Positions 1 through 11,000 of a DNA stretch of 64,000 nucleotides are shown piece after piece. This DNA is from Auanema rhodensis (Eukaryota > Animalia > Nematoda): contig OZ059899.1 in the NCBI GenBank assembly GCA_964057225.1, positions 19,654,001 through 19,718,000 on the forward strand. The letters run 5' to 3'. The first letter of the stretch is position 1, and every line of letters starts with the position of its first letter. Both the position numbers and the translations under genes were made by a program. The notes under the pieces were generated by a model. That model did no database searches. It was not told where the DNA came from and saw only the letters and a list, made by a program, of their open reading frames with translations.

Positions 1-3000
1 AATTTTTTCGAAAAATTTCGAGAAAATTTCGCGAAAAGTAGATGTTTTTAGATTCCTTTTTCCAAGGCAAAGACGATGGACAATGTTATTCAACGAAAAA
101 ATTATTTCTGCAGGGTGAAAATCCAGGATATAAGTGTGAACTTATATCAGTTGATATCTCGGTGCATTTTTAAGCTAGCGCAAATCTGATAACACAGATC
201 GACGCAGCTTAAAAATCCGCATCGAATGCACTATACAACATTGAGAAACGCTCAATACAAAAATTAGTTATGATCGTTTGAAAAATGATGCATTAGTGTA
301 TGTTGAGTTTCCATGTACACTCAACATTGCTTCCAAAAACATTTTGACAAAAATTTTTCCGAAAAATTTCAAATTAATTTCGCGAAAAGTAGATGTTTTC
401 AAATTCCTTTTTTCAAGGCAAAGACGATGGACAATGTTATTCAACGAAAAAATTATTTCTGCAGGGTGAAAATCGAGAATATAAGTGTGAACTTATATCA
501 GTTGATATCTCGGTGCATTTTTAAGCTAGCGCAAATCTGATAACACAGATCGACGCAGCTTAAAAATCCGCATCGAATGCACTATACAACATTGAGAAAC
601 GCTCAATACAAAAATTAGTTATGATCGTTTGAAAAATGATGCATTAGTGTATGTTGAGTTTCCATGTACACTCAACATTGCTTCCAAAAACATTTTGATA
701 AAAATTTTTCCGAAAAATTTCAAAATAATTTCGCGAAAAGTAGATGTTTTTAGATTCCTTTTTTCAAGGCAAAGACGATGGACAATGTTATTCAACGAAA
801 AAATTAATTCTCCAGGGTGAAAATCGAGGATATAAGTGTGAACTTATATCAGTTGATATCTCGGTGCATTTTTAAGCTAGCGCAAATCTGATAATACAGA
901 TCGACGCAGCTTAAAAATCCGCATCGAATGCACTATACTGCATTGAGAAACGCTTAATACAAAAGTTAGTTATGATCGTTTGAAAAAAGATGCATTAGTG
1001 TATGTTGAGTTTCCATGTACACTCAACATAGCTTCCAAAAACATTTTGACAAAAATTTTTCCGAAAAATTTCGAAATAAATTTGCAAAAAGTAGATGTTT
1101 TTAGATTCCTTTTTTCAAGGCAAAGACGATGGACAATGTTATTCAACGAAAAAATTAATTCTGCAGGGTGAAAATCGAGGATATAAGTGTGAACTTATAT
1201 CAGTTGATATCTCGGTGCATTTTTAAGCTAGCGCAAATCTGATAATACAGATCGACGCAGCTTAAAAATCCGCATCGAATGCACTATACTGCATTGAGAA
1301 ACGCTTAATACAAAAGTTAGTTATGATCGTTTGAAAAATGATGCATTAGTGTATGTTGAGTTTCCATGTACACTCAACATTGCTTCCAAAAACATTTTGA
1401 CAAAAATTTTTCCGAAAAATTTCGAAAAAATTTCGCGAAAAGTAGATGTTTTTAGATTCCTTTTTTCAAGGCAAATACGATGGACAATGTTATTCAACGA
1501 AAAAATTATTTCTGCAGGGTGAAAATCGAGGATATAAGTGTGAACTTATATCAGTTGATATCTCGGTGCATTTTTAAGCTAGCGCAAATCTGATAACACA
1601 GATCGACGCAGCTTGAAAATCCGCATCAAATGCACTATACAACATTGAGAAACGCTTAATACAAAAATTAGTTATGATCGTTTGAAAAATGATGCATTAG
1701 TGTATGTTGAGTTTCCATGTACACTCAACATTGCTTCCAAAAACATTTTGATAAAAATTTTTCCGAAAAATTTCAAAATAATTTCGCGAAAAGTAGATGT
1801 TTTTAGATTCCTTTTTTCAAGGCAAAGACGATGGACAATGTGTATTCAACGAAAAAATTATTTCTGCAGGGTGAAAATCGAGGATATAAGTGTGAACTTA
1901 TATCAGTTGATATCTCGGTGCATTTTAAAGCTAGCGCAAATCTGATAATACAGATCGACGCAGCTTAAAAATCCGCATCGAATGCACTATACAACATTGA
2001 GAAACGCTTAATACAAAAGTTAGTTATGATCGTTTGAAAAATGATGCATTAGTGTATGTTGAGTTTCCATGTACACTCAACATTGCTTCCAAAAACATTT
2101 TGACAAAAATTTTTTCGAAAAATTTTAAAATAATTTCGAAAAAAGTAGATGTTTTTAGATTCCTTATTTCAAAGCAAAGACGATGGACAATGTTATTCAA
2201 CGAAAAAATTAATTCTGCAGGGTGAAAATCGAGGATATAAGTGTGAACTTATATCAGTTGATATCTCGGTGCATTTTAAAGCTAGCGCAAATCTGATAAT
2301 ACAGATCGACGCAGCTTAAAAATCCGCATCGAATGCACTATACAACATTGAGAAACGCTTAATACAAAAGTTAGTTATGATCGTTTGAAAAATGATGCAT
2401 TAGTGTATGTTGAGTTTCCATGTACACTCAACATTGCTTCCAAAAACATTTTGACAAAAATTTTTTCGAAAAATTTTAAAATAATTTCGAAAAAAGTAGA
2501 TGTTTTTAGATTCCTTATTTCAAAGCAAAGACGATGGACAATGTTATTCAACGAAAAAATTAATTCTGCAGGGTGAAAATCGAGGATATAAGTGTGAACT
2601 TATATCAGTTGATATCTCGGTGCATTTTTAAGCTAGCGCAAATCTGATAACACAGATCGACGCAGCTTAAAAATCCGCATCGAATGCACTATACAACATT
2701 GAGAAACGCTTAATACAAAAATTAGTTATGATCGTTTGAAAAATGATGCATTAGTGTATGTTGAGTTTCCATGTACACTCAACATTGCTTCCAAAAACAT
2801 TTTGACAAAAATTTTTCCGAAAAATTTCGAGAAAATTTCGCGAAAAGTAGATGTTTTTAGATTCCTTTTTCCAAGGCAAAGACGATGGACAATGTTATTC
2901 AACGAAAAAATTAATTCTCCAGGGTGAAAATCGAGGATATAAGTGTGAACTTATATCAGTTGATATCTCGGTGCATTTTTAAGCTAGCGCAAATCTGATA

Positions 3001-6000
3001 ACACAGATCGACGCAGCTTAAAAATCCGCATCGAATGCACTATACAACATTGAGAAACGCTTAATACAAAAATTAGTTATGATCGTTTGAAAAATGATGC
3101 ATTAGTGTATGTTGAGTTTCCATGTACACTCAACATTGCTTCCAAAAACATTTTGACAAAAATTTTTCCGAAAAATTTCGAGAAAATTTCGCGAAAAGTA
3201 GATGTTTTTAGATTCCTTTCTTCCAAGGCAAAGACGATGGACAATGTTATTCAACGAAAAAATTAATTCTCCAGGGTGAAAATCGAGGATATAAGTGTGA
3301 ACTTATATCAGTTGATATCTCGGTGCATTTTTAAGCTAGCGCAAATCTGATAACACAGATCGATGCAGCTTAAAAATCCGCATCGAATGCACTATACAAC
3401 ATTGAGAAACGCTTGATACAAAAATTAGTTATGATCGTTTGAAAAATGATGCATTAGTGTATGTTGAGTTTCCATGTACACTCAACATTGCTTCCAAAAA
3501 CATTTTGACAAAAATTTTTCCGAAAAATTTCGAAAAAATTTCGCGAAAAGTAGATGTTTTTAGATTCCTTTTTTCAAGGCAAAGACGGTGGACAATGTTA
3601 TTCAACGAAAAAATTATTTCTGCAGGGTGAAAATCGAGGATATAAGTATGAACTTATATCAGTTGATATCTCGGTGCATTTTTAAGCTAGCGCAAATCTG
3701 ATAACACAGATCGACGCAGCTTGAAAATCCGCATCAAATGCACTATACAACATTGAGAAACGCTTAATACAAAAATTAGTTATGATCGTTTGAAAAATGA
3801 TGCATTAGTGTATGTTGAGTTTCCATGTACACTCAACATTGCTTCCAAAAACATTTTGACAAAAATTTTTCCGAAAAATTTCGAAAAAATTTCGCAAAAA
3901 GTAGATGTTTTTAGATTCCTTTTTTCAAGGCAAAGACGATGGACAATGTTATTCAACGAAAAAATTAATTCTCCAGGGTGAAAATCGAGGATATAAGTGT
4001 GAACTTATATCAGTTGATATCTCGGTGCATTTTTAAGCTAGCGCAAATCTGATAACACAGATCGACGCAGCTTAAAAATCCGCATCGAATGCACTATACA
4101 ACATTGAGAAACGCTTAATACAAAAATTAGTTATGATCGTTTGAAAAATGATGCATTAGTGTATGTTGAGTTTCCATGTACACTCAACATTGCTTCCAAA
4201 AACATTTTGACAAAAATTTTTCCGAAAAATTTCGAGAAAATTTCGCGAAAAGTAGATGTTTTTAGATTCCTTTCTTCCAAGGCAAAGACGATGGACAATG
4301 TTATTCAACGAAAAAATTAATTCTCCAGGGTGAAAATCGAGGATATAAGTGTGAACTTATATCAGTTGATATCTCGGTGCATTTTTAAGCTAGCGCAAAT
4401 CTGATAACACAGATCGATGCAGCTTAAAAATCCGCATCGAATGCACTATACAACATTGAGAAACGCTTAATACAAAAATTAGTTATGATCGTTTGAAAAA
4501 TGATGCATTAGTGTATGTTGAGTTTCCATGTACACTCAACATTGCTTCCAAAAACATTTTGACAAAAATTTTTCCGAAAAATTTCGAAAAAATTTCGCGA
4601 AAAGTAGATGTTTTTAGATTCCTTTTTTCAAGGCAAAGACGGTGGACAATGTTATTCAACGAAAAAATTATTTCTGCAGGGTGAAAATCGAGGATATAAG
4701 TGTGAACTTATATCAGTTGATATCTCGGTGCATTTTTAAGCTAGCGCAAATCTGATAACACAGATCGACGCAGCTTAAAAATCCGCATCGAATGCACTAT
4801 ACAACATTGAGAAACGCTCAATACAAAAATTAGTTATGATCGTTTGAAAAATGATGCATTAGTGTATGTTGAGTTTCCATGTACACTCAACATTGCTTCC
4901 AAAAACATTTTGATAAAAATTTTTCCGAAAAATTTCAAAATAATTTCGCGAAAAGTAGATGTTTTTAGATTCCTTTTTTCAAGGCAAAGACGATGGACAA
5001 TGTGTATTCAACGAAAAAATTATTTCTGCAGGGTGAAAATCGAGGATATAAGTGTGAACTTATATCAGTTGATATCTCGGTGCATTTTAAAGCTAGCGCA
5101 AATCTGATAATACAGATCGACGCAGCTTAAAAATCCGCATCGAATGCACTATACAACATTGAGAAACGCTTAATACAAAAGTTAGTTATGATCGTTTGAA
5201 AAATGATGCATTAGTGTATGTTGAGTTTCCATGTACACTCAACATTGCTTCCAAAAACATTTTGACAAAAATTTTTTCGAAAAATTTTAAAATAATTTCG
5301 AAAAAAGTAGATGTTTTTAGATTCCTTATTTCAAAGCAAAGACGATGGACAATGTTATTCAACGAAAAAATTAATTCTGCAGGGTGAAAATCGAGGATAT
5401 AAGTGTGAACTTATATCAGTTGATATCTCGGTGCATTTTTAAGCTAGCGCAAATCTGATAACACAGATCGACGCAGCTTAAAAATCCGCATCGAATGCAC
5501 TATACAACATTGAGAAACGCTTAATACAAAAATTAGTTATGATCGTTTGAAAAATGATGCATTAGTGTATGTTGAGTTTCCATGTACACTCAACATTGCT
5601 TCCAAAAACATTTTGACAAAAATTTTTCCGAAAAATTTCGAGAAAATTTCGCGAAAAGTAGATGTTTTTAGATTCCTTTTTCCAAGGCAAAGACGATGGA
5701 CAATGTTATTCAACGAAAAAATTAATTCTCCAGGGTGAAAATCGAGGATATAAGTGTGAACTTATATCAGTTGATATCTCGGTGCATTTTTAAGCTAGCG
5801 CAAATCTGATAACACAGATCGACGCAGCTTAAAAATCCGCATCGAATGCACTATACAACATTGAGAAACGCTTAATACAAAAATTAGTTATGATCGTTTG
5901 AAAAATGATGCATTAGTGTATGTTGAGTTTCCATGTACACTCAACATTGCTTCCAAAAACATTTTGACAAAAATTTTTCCGAAAAATTTCGAGAAAATTT

Positions 6001-6622
6001 CGCGAAAAGTAGATGTTTTTAGATTCCTTTCTTCCAAGGCAAAGACGATGGACAATGTTATTCAACGAAAAAATTAATTCTCCAGGGTGAAAATCGAGGA
6101 TATAAGTGTGAACTTATATCAGTTGATATCTCGGTGCATTTTTAAGCTAGCGCAAATCTGATAACACAGATCGATGCAGCTTAAAAATCCGCATCGAATG
6201 CACTATACAACATTGAGAAACGCTTGATACAAAAATTAGTTATGATCGTTTGAAAAATGATGCATTAGTGTATGTTGAGTTTCCATGTACACTCAACATT
6301 GCTTCCAAAAACATTTTGACAAAAATTTTTCCGAAAAATTTCGAAAAAATTTCGCGAAAAGTAGATGTTTTTAGATTCCTTTTTTCAAGGCAAAGACGGT
6401 GGACAATGTTATTCAACGAAAAAATTATTTCTGCAGGGTGAAAATCGAGGATATAAGTATGAACTTATATCAGTTGATATCTCGGTGCATTTTTAAGCTA
6501 GCGCAAATCTGATAACACAGATCGACGCAGCTTGAAAATCCGCATCAAATGCACTATACAACATTGAGAAACGCTTAATACAAAAATTAGTTATGATCGT
6601 TTGAAAAATGATGCATTAGTGT

Positions 6623-6650
6623 ATGTTGAGTTTCCATGTACACTCAACAT
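6623..6650. other. Inverted repeat 1 of the monomer (positions 23-50; example copy)
   Basis: ATGTTGAGT-ttccatgtac-ACTCAACAT: perfect 9-bp stem with a 10-nt spacer. Confidence 0.9.
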
Positions 6651-6800
6651 TGCTTCCAAAAACATTTTGACAAAAATTTTTCCGAAAAATTTCGAAAAAA
6701 TTTCGCAAAAAGTAGATGTTTTTAGATTCCTTTTTTCAAGGCAAAGACGATGGACAATGTTATTCAACGAAAAAATTAATTCTCCAGGGTGAAAATCGAG

Positions 6801-6822
6801 GATATAAGTGTGAACTTATATC
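6801..6822. other. Inverted repeat 2 of the monomer (positions 201-222; example copy)
   Basis: GATATAAGT-gtga-ACTTATATC: perfect 9-bp stem with a 4-nt loop. Confidence 0.9.
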
Positions 6823-6832
6823 AGTTGATATC

Positions 6833-6899
6833 TCGGTGCATTTTTAAGCTAGCGCAAATCTGATAACACAGATCGACGCAGCTTAAAAATCCGCATCGA
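6833..6899. other. Long imperfect inverted repeat 3 of the monomer (positions 233-299; example copy)
   Basis: TCGGTGC-ATTTTTAAGCT-a-GCG-caa-ATCTG-ataaca-CAGAT-cga-CGC-AGCTTAAAAAT-cc-GCATCGA: stems of 7 bp (one G.T), 11, 3 and 5 bp, paired by hand. Confidence 0.85.
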
Positions 6900-8005
6900 A
6901 TGCACTATACAACATTGAGAAACGCTTAATACAAAAATTAGTTATGATCGTTTGAAAAATGATGCATTAGTGTATGTTGAGTTTCCATGTACACTCAACA
7001 TTGCTTCCAAAAACATTTTGACAAAAATTTTTCCGAAAAATTTCGAGAAAATTTCGCGAAAAGTAGATGTTTTTAGATTCCTTTCTTCCAAGGCAAAGAC
7101 GATGGACAATGTTATTCAACGAAAAAATTAATTCTCCAGGGTGAAAATCGAGGATATAAGTGTGAACTTATATCAGTTGATATCTCGGTGCATTTTTAAG
7201 CTAGCGCAAATCTGATAACACAGATCGATGCAGCTTAAAAATCCGCATCGAATGCACTATACAACATTGAGAAACGCTTGATACAAAAATTAGTTATGAT
7301 CGTTTGAAAAATGATGCATTAGTGTATGTTGAGTTTCCATGTACACTCAACATTGCTTCCAAAAACATTTTGACAAAAATTTTTCCGAAAAATTTCGAAA
7401 AAATTTCGCGAAAAGTAGATGTTTTTAGATTCCTTTTTTCAAGGCAAAGACGGTGGACAATGTTATTCAACGAAAAAATTATTTCTGCAGGGTGAAAATC
7501 GAGGATATAAGTATGAACTTATATCAGTTGATATCTCGGTGCATTTTTAAGCTAGCGTAAATCTGATAACACAGATCGACGCAGCTTGAAAATCCGCATC
7601 AAATGCACTATACAACATTGAGAAACGCTTAATACAAAAATTAGTTATGATCGTTTGAAAAATGATGCATTAGTGTATGTTGAGTTTCCATGTACACTCA
7701 ACATTGCTTCCAAAAACATTTTGACAAAAATTTTTCCGAAAAATTTCGAAAAAATTTCGCAAAAAGTAGATGTTTTTAGATTCCTTTTTTCAAGGCAAAG
7801 ACGATGGACAATGTTATTCAACGAAAAAATTAATTCTCCAGGGTGAAAATCGAGGATATAAGTGTGAACTTATATCAGTTGATATCTCGGTGCATTTTTA
7901 AGCTAGCGCAAATCTGATAACACAGATCGACGCAGCTTAAAAATCCGCATCGAATGCACTATACAACATTGAGAAACGCTTAATACAAAAATTAGTTATG
8001 ATCGT

Positions 8006-11000
8006 TTGAAAAATGATGCATTAGTGTATGTTGAGTTTCCATGTACACTCAACATTGCTTCCAAAAACATTTTGACAAAAATTTTTCCGAAAAATTTCGA
8101 GAAAATTTCGCGAAAAGTAGATGTTTTTAGATTCCTTTCTTCCAAGGCAAAGACGATGGACAATGTTATTCAACGAAAAAATTAATTCTCCAGGGTGAAA
8201 ATCGAGGATATAAGTGTGAACTTATATCAGTTGATATCTCGGTGCATTTTTAAGCTAGCGCAAATCTGATAACACAGATCGATGCAGCTTAAAAATCCGC
8301 ATCGAATGCACTATACAACATTGAGAAACGCTTGATACAAAAATTAGTTATGATCGTTTGAAAAATGATGCATTAGTGTATGTTGAGTTTCCATGTACAC
8401 TCAACATTGCTTCCAAAAACATTTTGACAAAAATTTTTCCGAAAAATTTCGAAAAAATTTCGCGAAAAGTAGATGTTTTTAGATTCCTTTTTTCAAGGCA
8501 AAGACGGTGGACAATGTTATTCAACGAAAAAATTATTTCTGCAGGGTGAAAATCGAGGATATAAGTATGAACTTATATCAGTTGATATCTCGGTGCATTT
8601 TTAAGCTAGCGCAAATCTGATAACACAGATCGACGCAGCTTGAAAATCCGCATCAAATGCACTATACAACATTGAGAAACGCTTAATACAAAAATTAGTT
8701 ATGATCGTTTGAAAAATGATGCATTAGTGTATGTTGAGTTTCCATGTACACTCAACATTGCTTCCAAAAACATTTTGACAAAAATTTTTCCGAAAAATTT
8801 CGAAAAAATTTCGCAAAAAGTAGATGTTTTTAGATTCCTTTTTTCAAGGCAAAGACGATGGACAATGTTATTCAACGAAAAAATTATTTCTGCAGGGTGA
8901 AAATCGAGGATATAAGTGTGAACTTATATCAGTTGATATCTCGGTGCATTTTTAAGCTAGCGCAAATCTGATAACACAGATCGACGCAGCTTAACAATCC
9001 GCATCGAATGCACTATACTACATTGAAAAACGCATAATACAAAAATTAGTTATGATCGTTTGAAAAAAGATGCATTAGTGTATGTTGAGTTTCCATGTAC
9101 ACTCAACATTGCTTCCAAAAACATTTTGACAAAAATTTTTCCGAAAAATTTTGAAATAATTTCGCAAAAAGTAGATGTTTTTAGATTCCTTTTTTCAAGG
9201 CAAAGACGATGGACATTGTTATTCAACGAAAAAATTGATTCTGCAGAGTGAAAATCGAGGATATAAGTGTGAACTTATATCAGTTGATATCTCGGTGCAT
9301 TTTTAAGCTAGCGCAAATCTGATAACACAGATCGACGCAGCTTGAAAATCCGCATCGAATGCACTATACAACATTGAGAAACGCTTAATACAAAAATTAG
9401 TTATGATCGTTTGAAAAATGATGCATTAGTGTATGTTGAGTTTCCATGTACACTCAACATTGCTTCCAAAAACATTTTGACAAAAATTTTTCCGAAAAAT
9501 TTCAAAATAATTTCGCGAAAAGTAGATGTTTTTAGATTCCTTTTTTCAAGGCAAAGACGATGGACAATGTTATTCAACGAAAAAATTATTTCTGCAGGGT
9601 GAAAATCGAGGATATAAGTGTGAACTTATATCAGTTGAAATCTCGGTGCATTTTTAAGCTAGCGCAAATCTGATAATACAGATCGACGCAGCTTAAAAAT
9701 CCGCATCGAATGCACTATACTGCATTGAGAAACGTTTAATACAAAAGTTAGTTATGATCGTTTGAAAAATGATGCATTAGTGTATGTTGAGTTTCCATGT
9801 ACACTCAACATTGCTTCCAAAAACATTTTGACAAAAATTTTTCCGAAAAATTTCGAGAAAATTTCGCGAAAAGTAGATGTTTTTAGATTCCTTTTTCCAA
9901 GGCAAAGACGATGGACAATGTTATTCAACGAAAAAATTAATTCTCCAGGGTGAAAATCGAGGATATAAGTGTGAACTTATATCAGTTGATATCTCGGTGC
10001 ATTTTTAAGCTAGCGCAAATCTGATAACACAGATCGACGCAGCTTAAAAATCCGCATCGAATGCACTATACAACATTGAGAAACGCTTAATACAAAAATT
10101 AGTTATGATCGTTTGAAAAATGATGCATTAGTGTATGTTGAGTTTCCATGTACACTCAACATTGCTTCCAAAAACATTTTGACAAAAATTTTTCCGAAAA
10201 ATTTCGAGAAAATTTCGCGAAAAGTAGATGTTTTTAGATTCCTTTCTTCCAAGGCAAAGACGATGGACAATGTTATTCAACGAAAAAATTAATTCTCCAG
10301 GGTGAAAATCGAGGATATAAGTGTGAACTTATATCAGTTGATATCTCGGTGCATTTTTAAGCTAGCGCAAATCTGATAACACAGATCGACGCAGCTTAAA
10401 AATCCGCATCGAATGCACTATACAACATTGAGAAACGCTTGATACAAAAATTAGTTATGATCGTTTGAAAAATGATGCATTAGTGTATGTTGAGTTTCCA
10501 TGTACACTCAACATTGCTTCCAAAAACATTTTGACAAAAATTTTTCCGAAAAATTTCGAAAAAATTTCGCGAAAAGTAGATGTTTTTAGATTCCTTTTTT
10601 CAAGGCAAAGACGGTGGACAATGTTATTCAACGAAAAAATTATTTCTGCAGGGTGAAAATCGAGGATATAAGTATGAACTTATATCAGTTGATATCTCGG
10701 TGCATTTTTAAGCTAGCGCAAATCTGATAACACAGATCGACGCAGCTTGAAAATCCGCATCAAATGCACTATACAACATTGAGAAACGCTTAATACAAAA
10801 ATTAGTTATGATCGTTTGAAAAATGATGCATTAGTGTATGTTGAGTTTCCATGTACACTCAACATTGCTTCCAAAAACATTTTGACAAAAATTTTTCCGA
10901 AAAATTTCGAAAAAATTTCGCAAAAAGTAGATGTTTTTAGATTCCTTTTTTCAAGGCAAAGACGATGGACAATGTTATTCAACGAAAAAATTATTTCTGC

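Larger units (their letters stand above)
6601..6951 (+). repeat. Representative 351-bp monomer (arbitrary phase)
   Basis: Runs from TTGAAAAATG to GTTATGATCGT, next unit starts at 6952. Consensus ~114/351 G+C by hand count. Carries NsiI (ATGCAT) and BsrGI (TGTACA) sites in every unit inspected, nearly fixed NheI and EcoRV sites, and polymorphic PstI and NruI sites. Confidence 0.97.
1682..7654. repeat. Tandem duplication of an 8/9-monomer block (1682-4843 vs 4844-7654)
   Basis: Private +G insertion (CAATGTGTATTC) at 1842 and 5004, spacing 3162. Each is followed by the TTTTTTCG/CCTTATTTCAAAGC monomer and then the same ordered series. The first copy has that monomer doubled (2034 and 2385). Confidence 0.85.
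5898..9059. repeat. 3-monomer higher-order repeat, period 1054 bp, ~3 copies (also at 3087-4843)
   Basis: +C insertion (CCTTTCTTCC) at 6031, 7085, 8139 and at 3220, 4274. Each is followed by the GACGGTGG monomer, and in all but the 4274 copy by the GAAAAAATTTCGCAA monomer. Confidence 0.9.

Noticed and set aside
6685-6715. CENP-B box or E2F-like site in the TTTCG(CG)AAA region
   Set aside because: The CGGG half of the CENP-B box (NTTCGNNNNANNCGGGN) is missing. TTTCGCG is polymorphic (often TTTCGCA) and has no promoter context.
6801-6850. Rho-independent terminators or bacterial promoters
   Set aside because: The stems are AT-rich without an adjacent U-tract, there are no genes to terminate, and the context looks like eukaryotic satellite DNA.
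6801-6852. Helitron 3' end (hairpin followed by CTAG) or MITE termini
   Set aside because: The hairpin is AT-rich and ~26 nt from the CTAG, which is followed by C rather than T. No element boundaries or target-site duplications can be defined inside a pure array.
6855-6925. Satellite-encoded hammerhead ribozyme (as in newt, schistosome and cave-cricket satellites)
   Set aside because: The closest core is CTGATAA rather than CTGANGA, and no stem II followed by GAAA can be formed. A minus-strand CTGAAGA exists only in rare TTCTTCAG variants and lacks the other elements. A covariance-model scan would settle it.
6601-6951. Tandem 5S rRNA, tRNA, snRNA or spliced-leader RNA gene array
   Set aside because: I found no recognisable 5S, tRNA B-box, U snRNA or nematode SL1 sequence on either strand.
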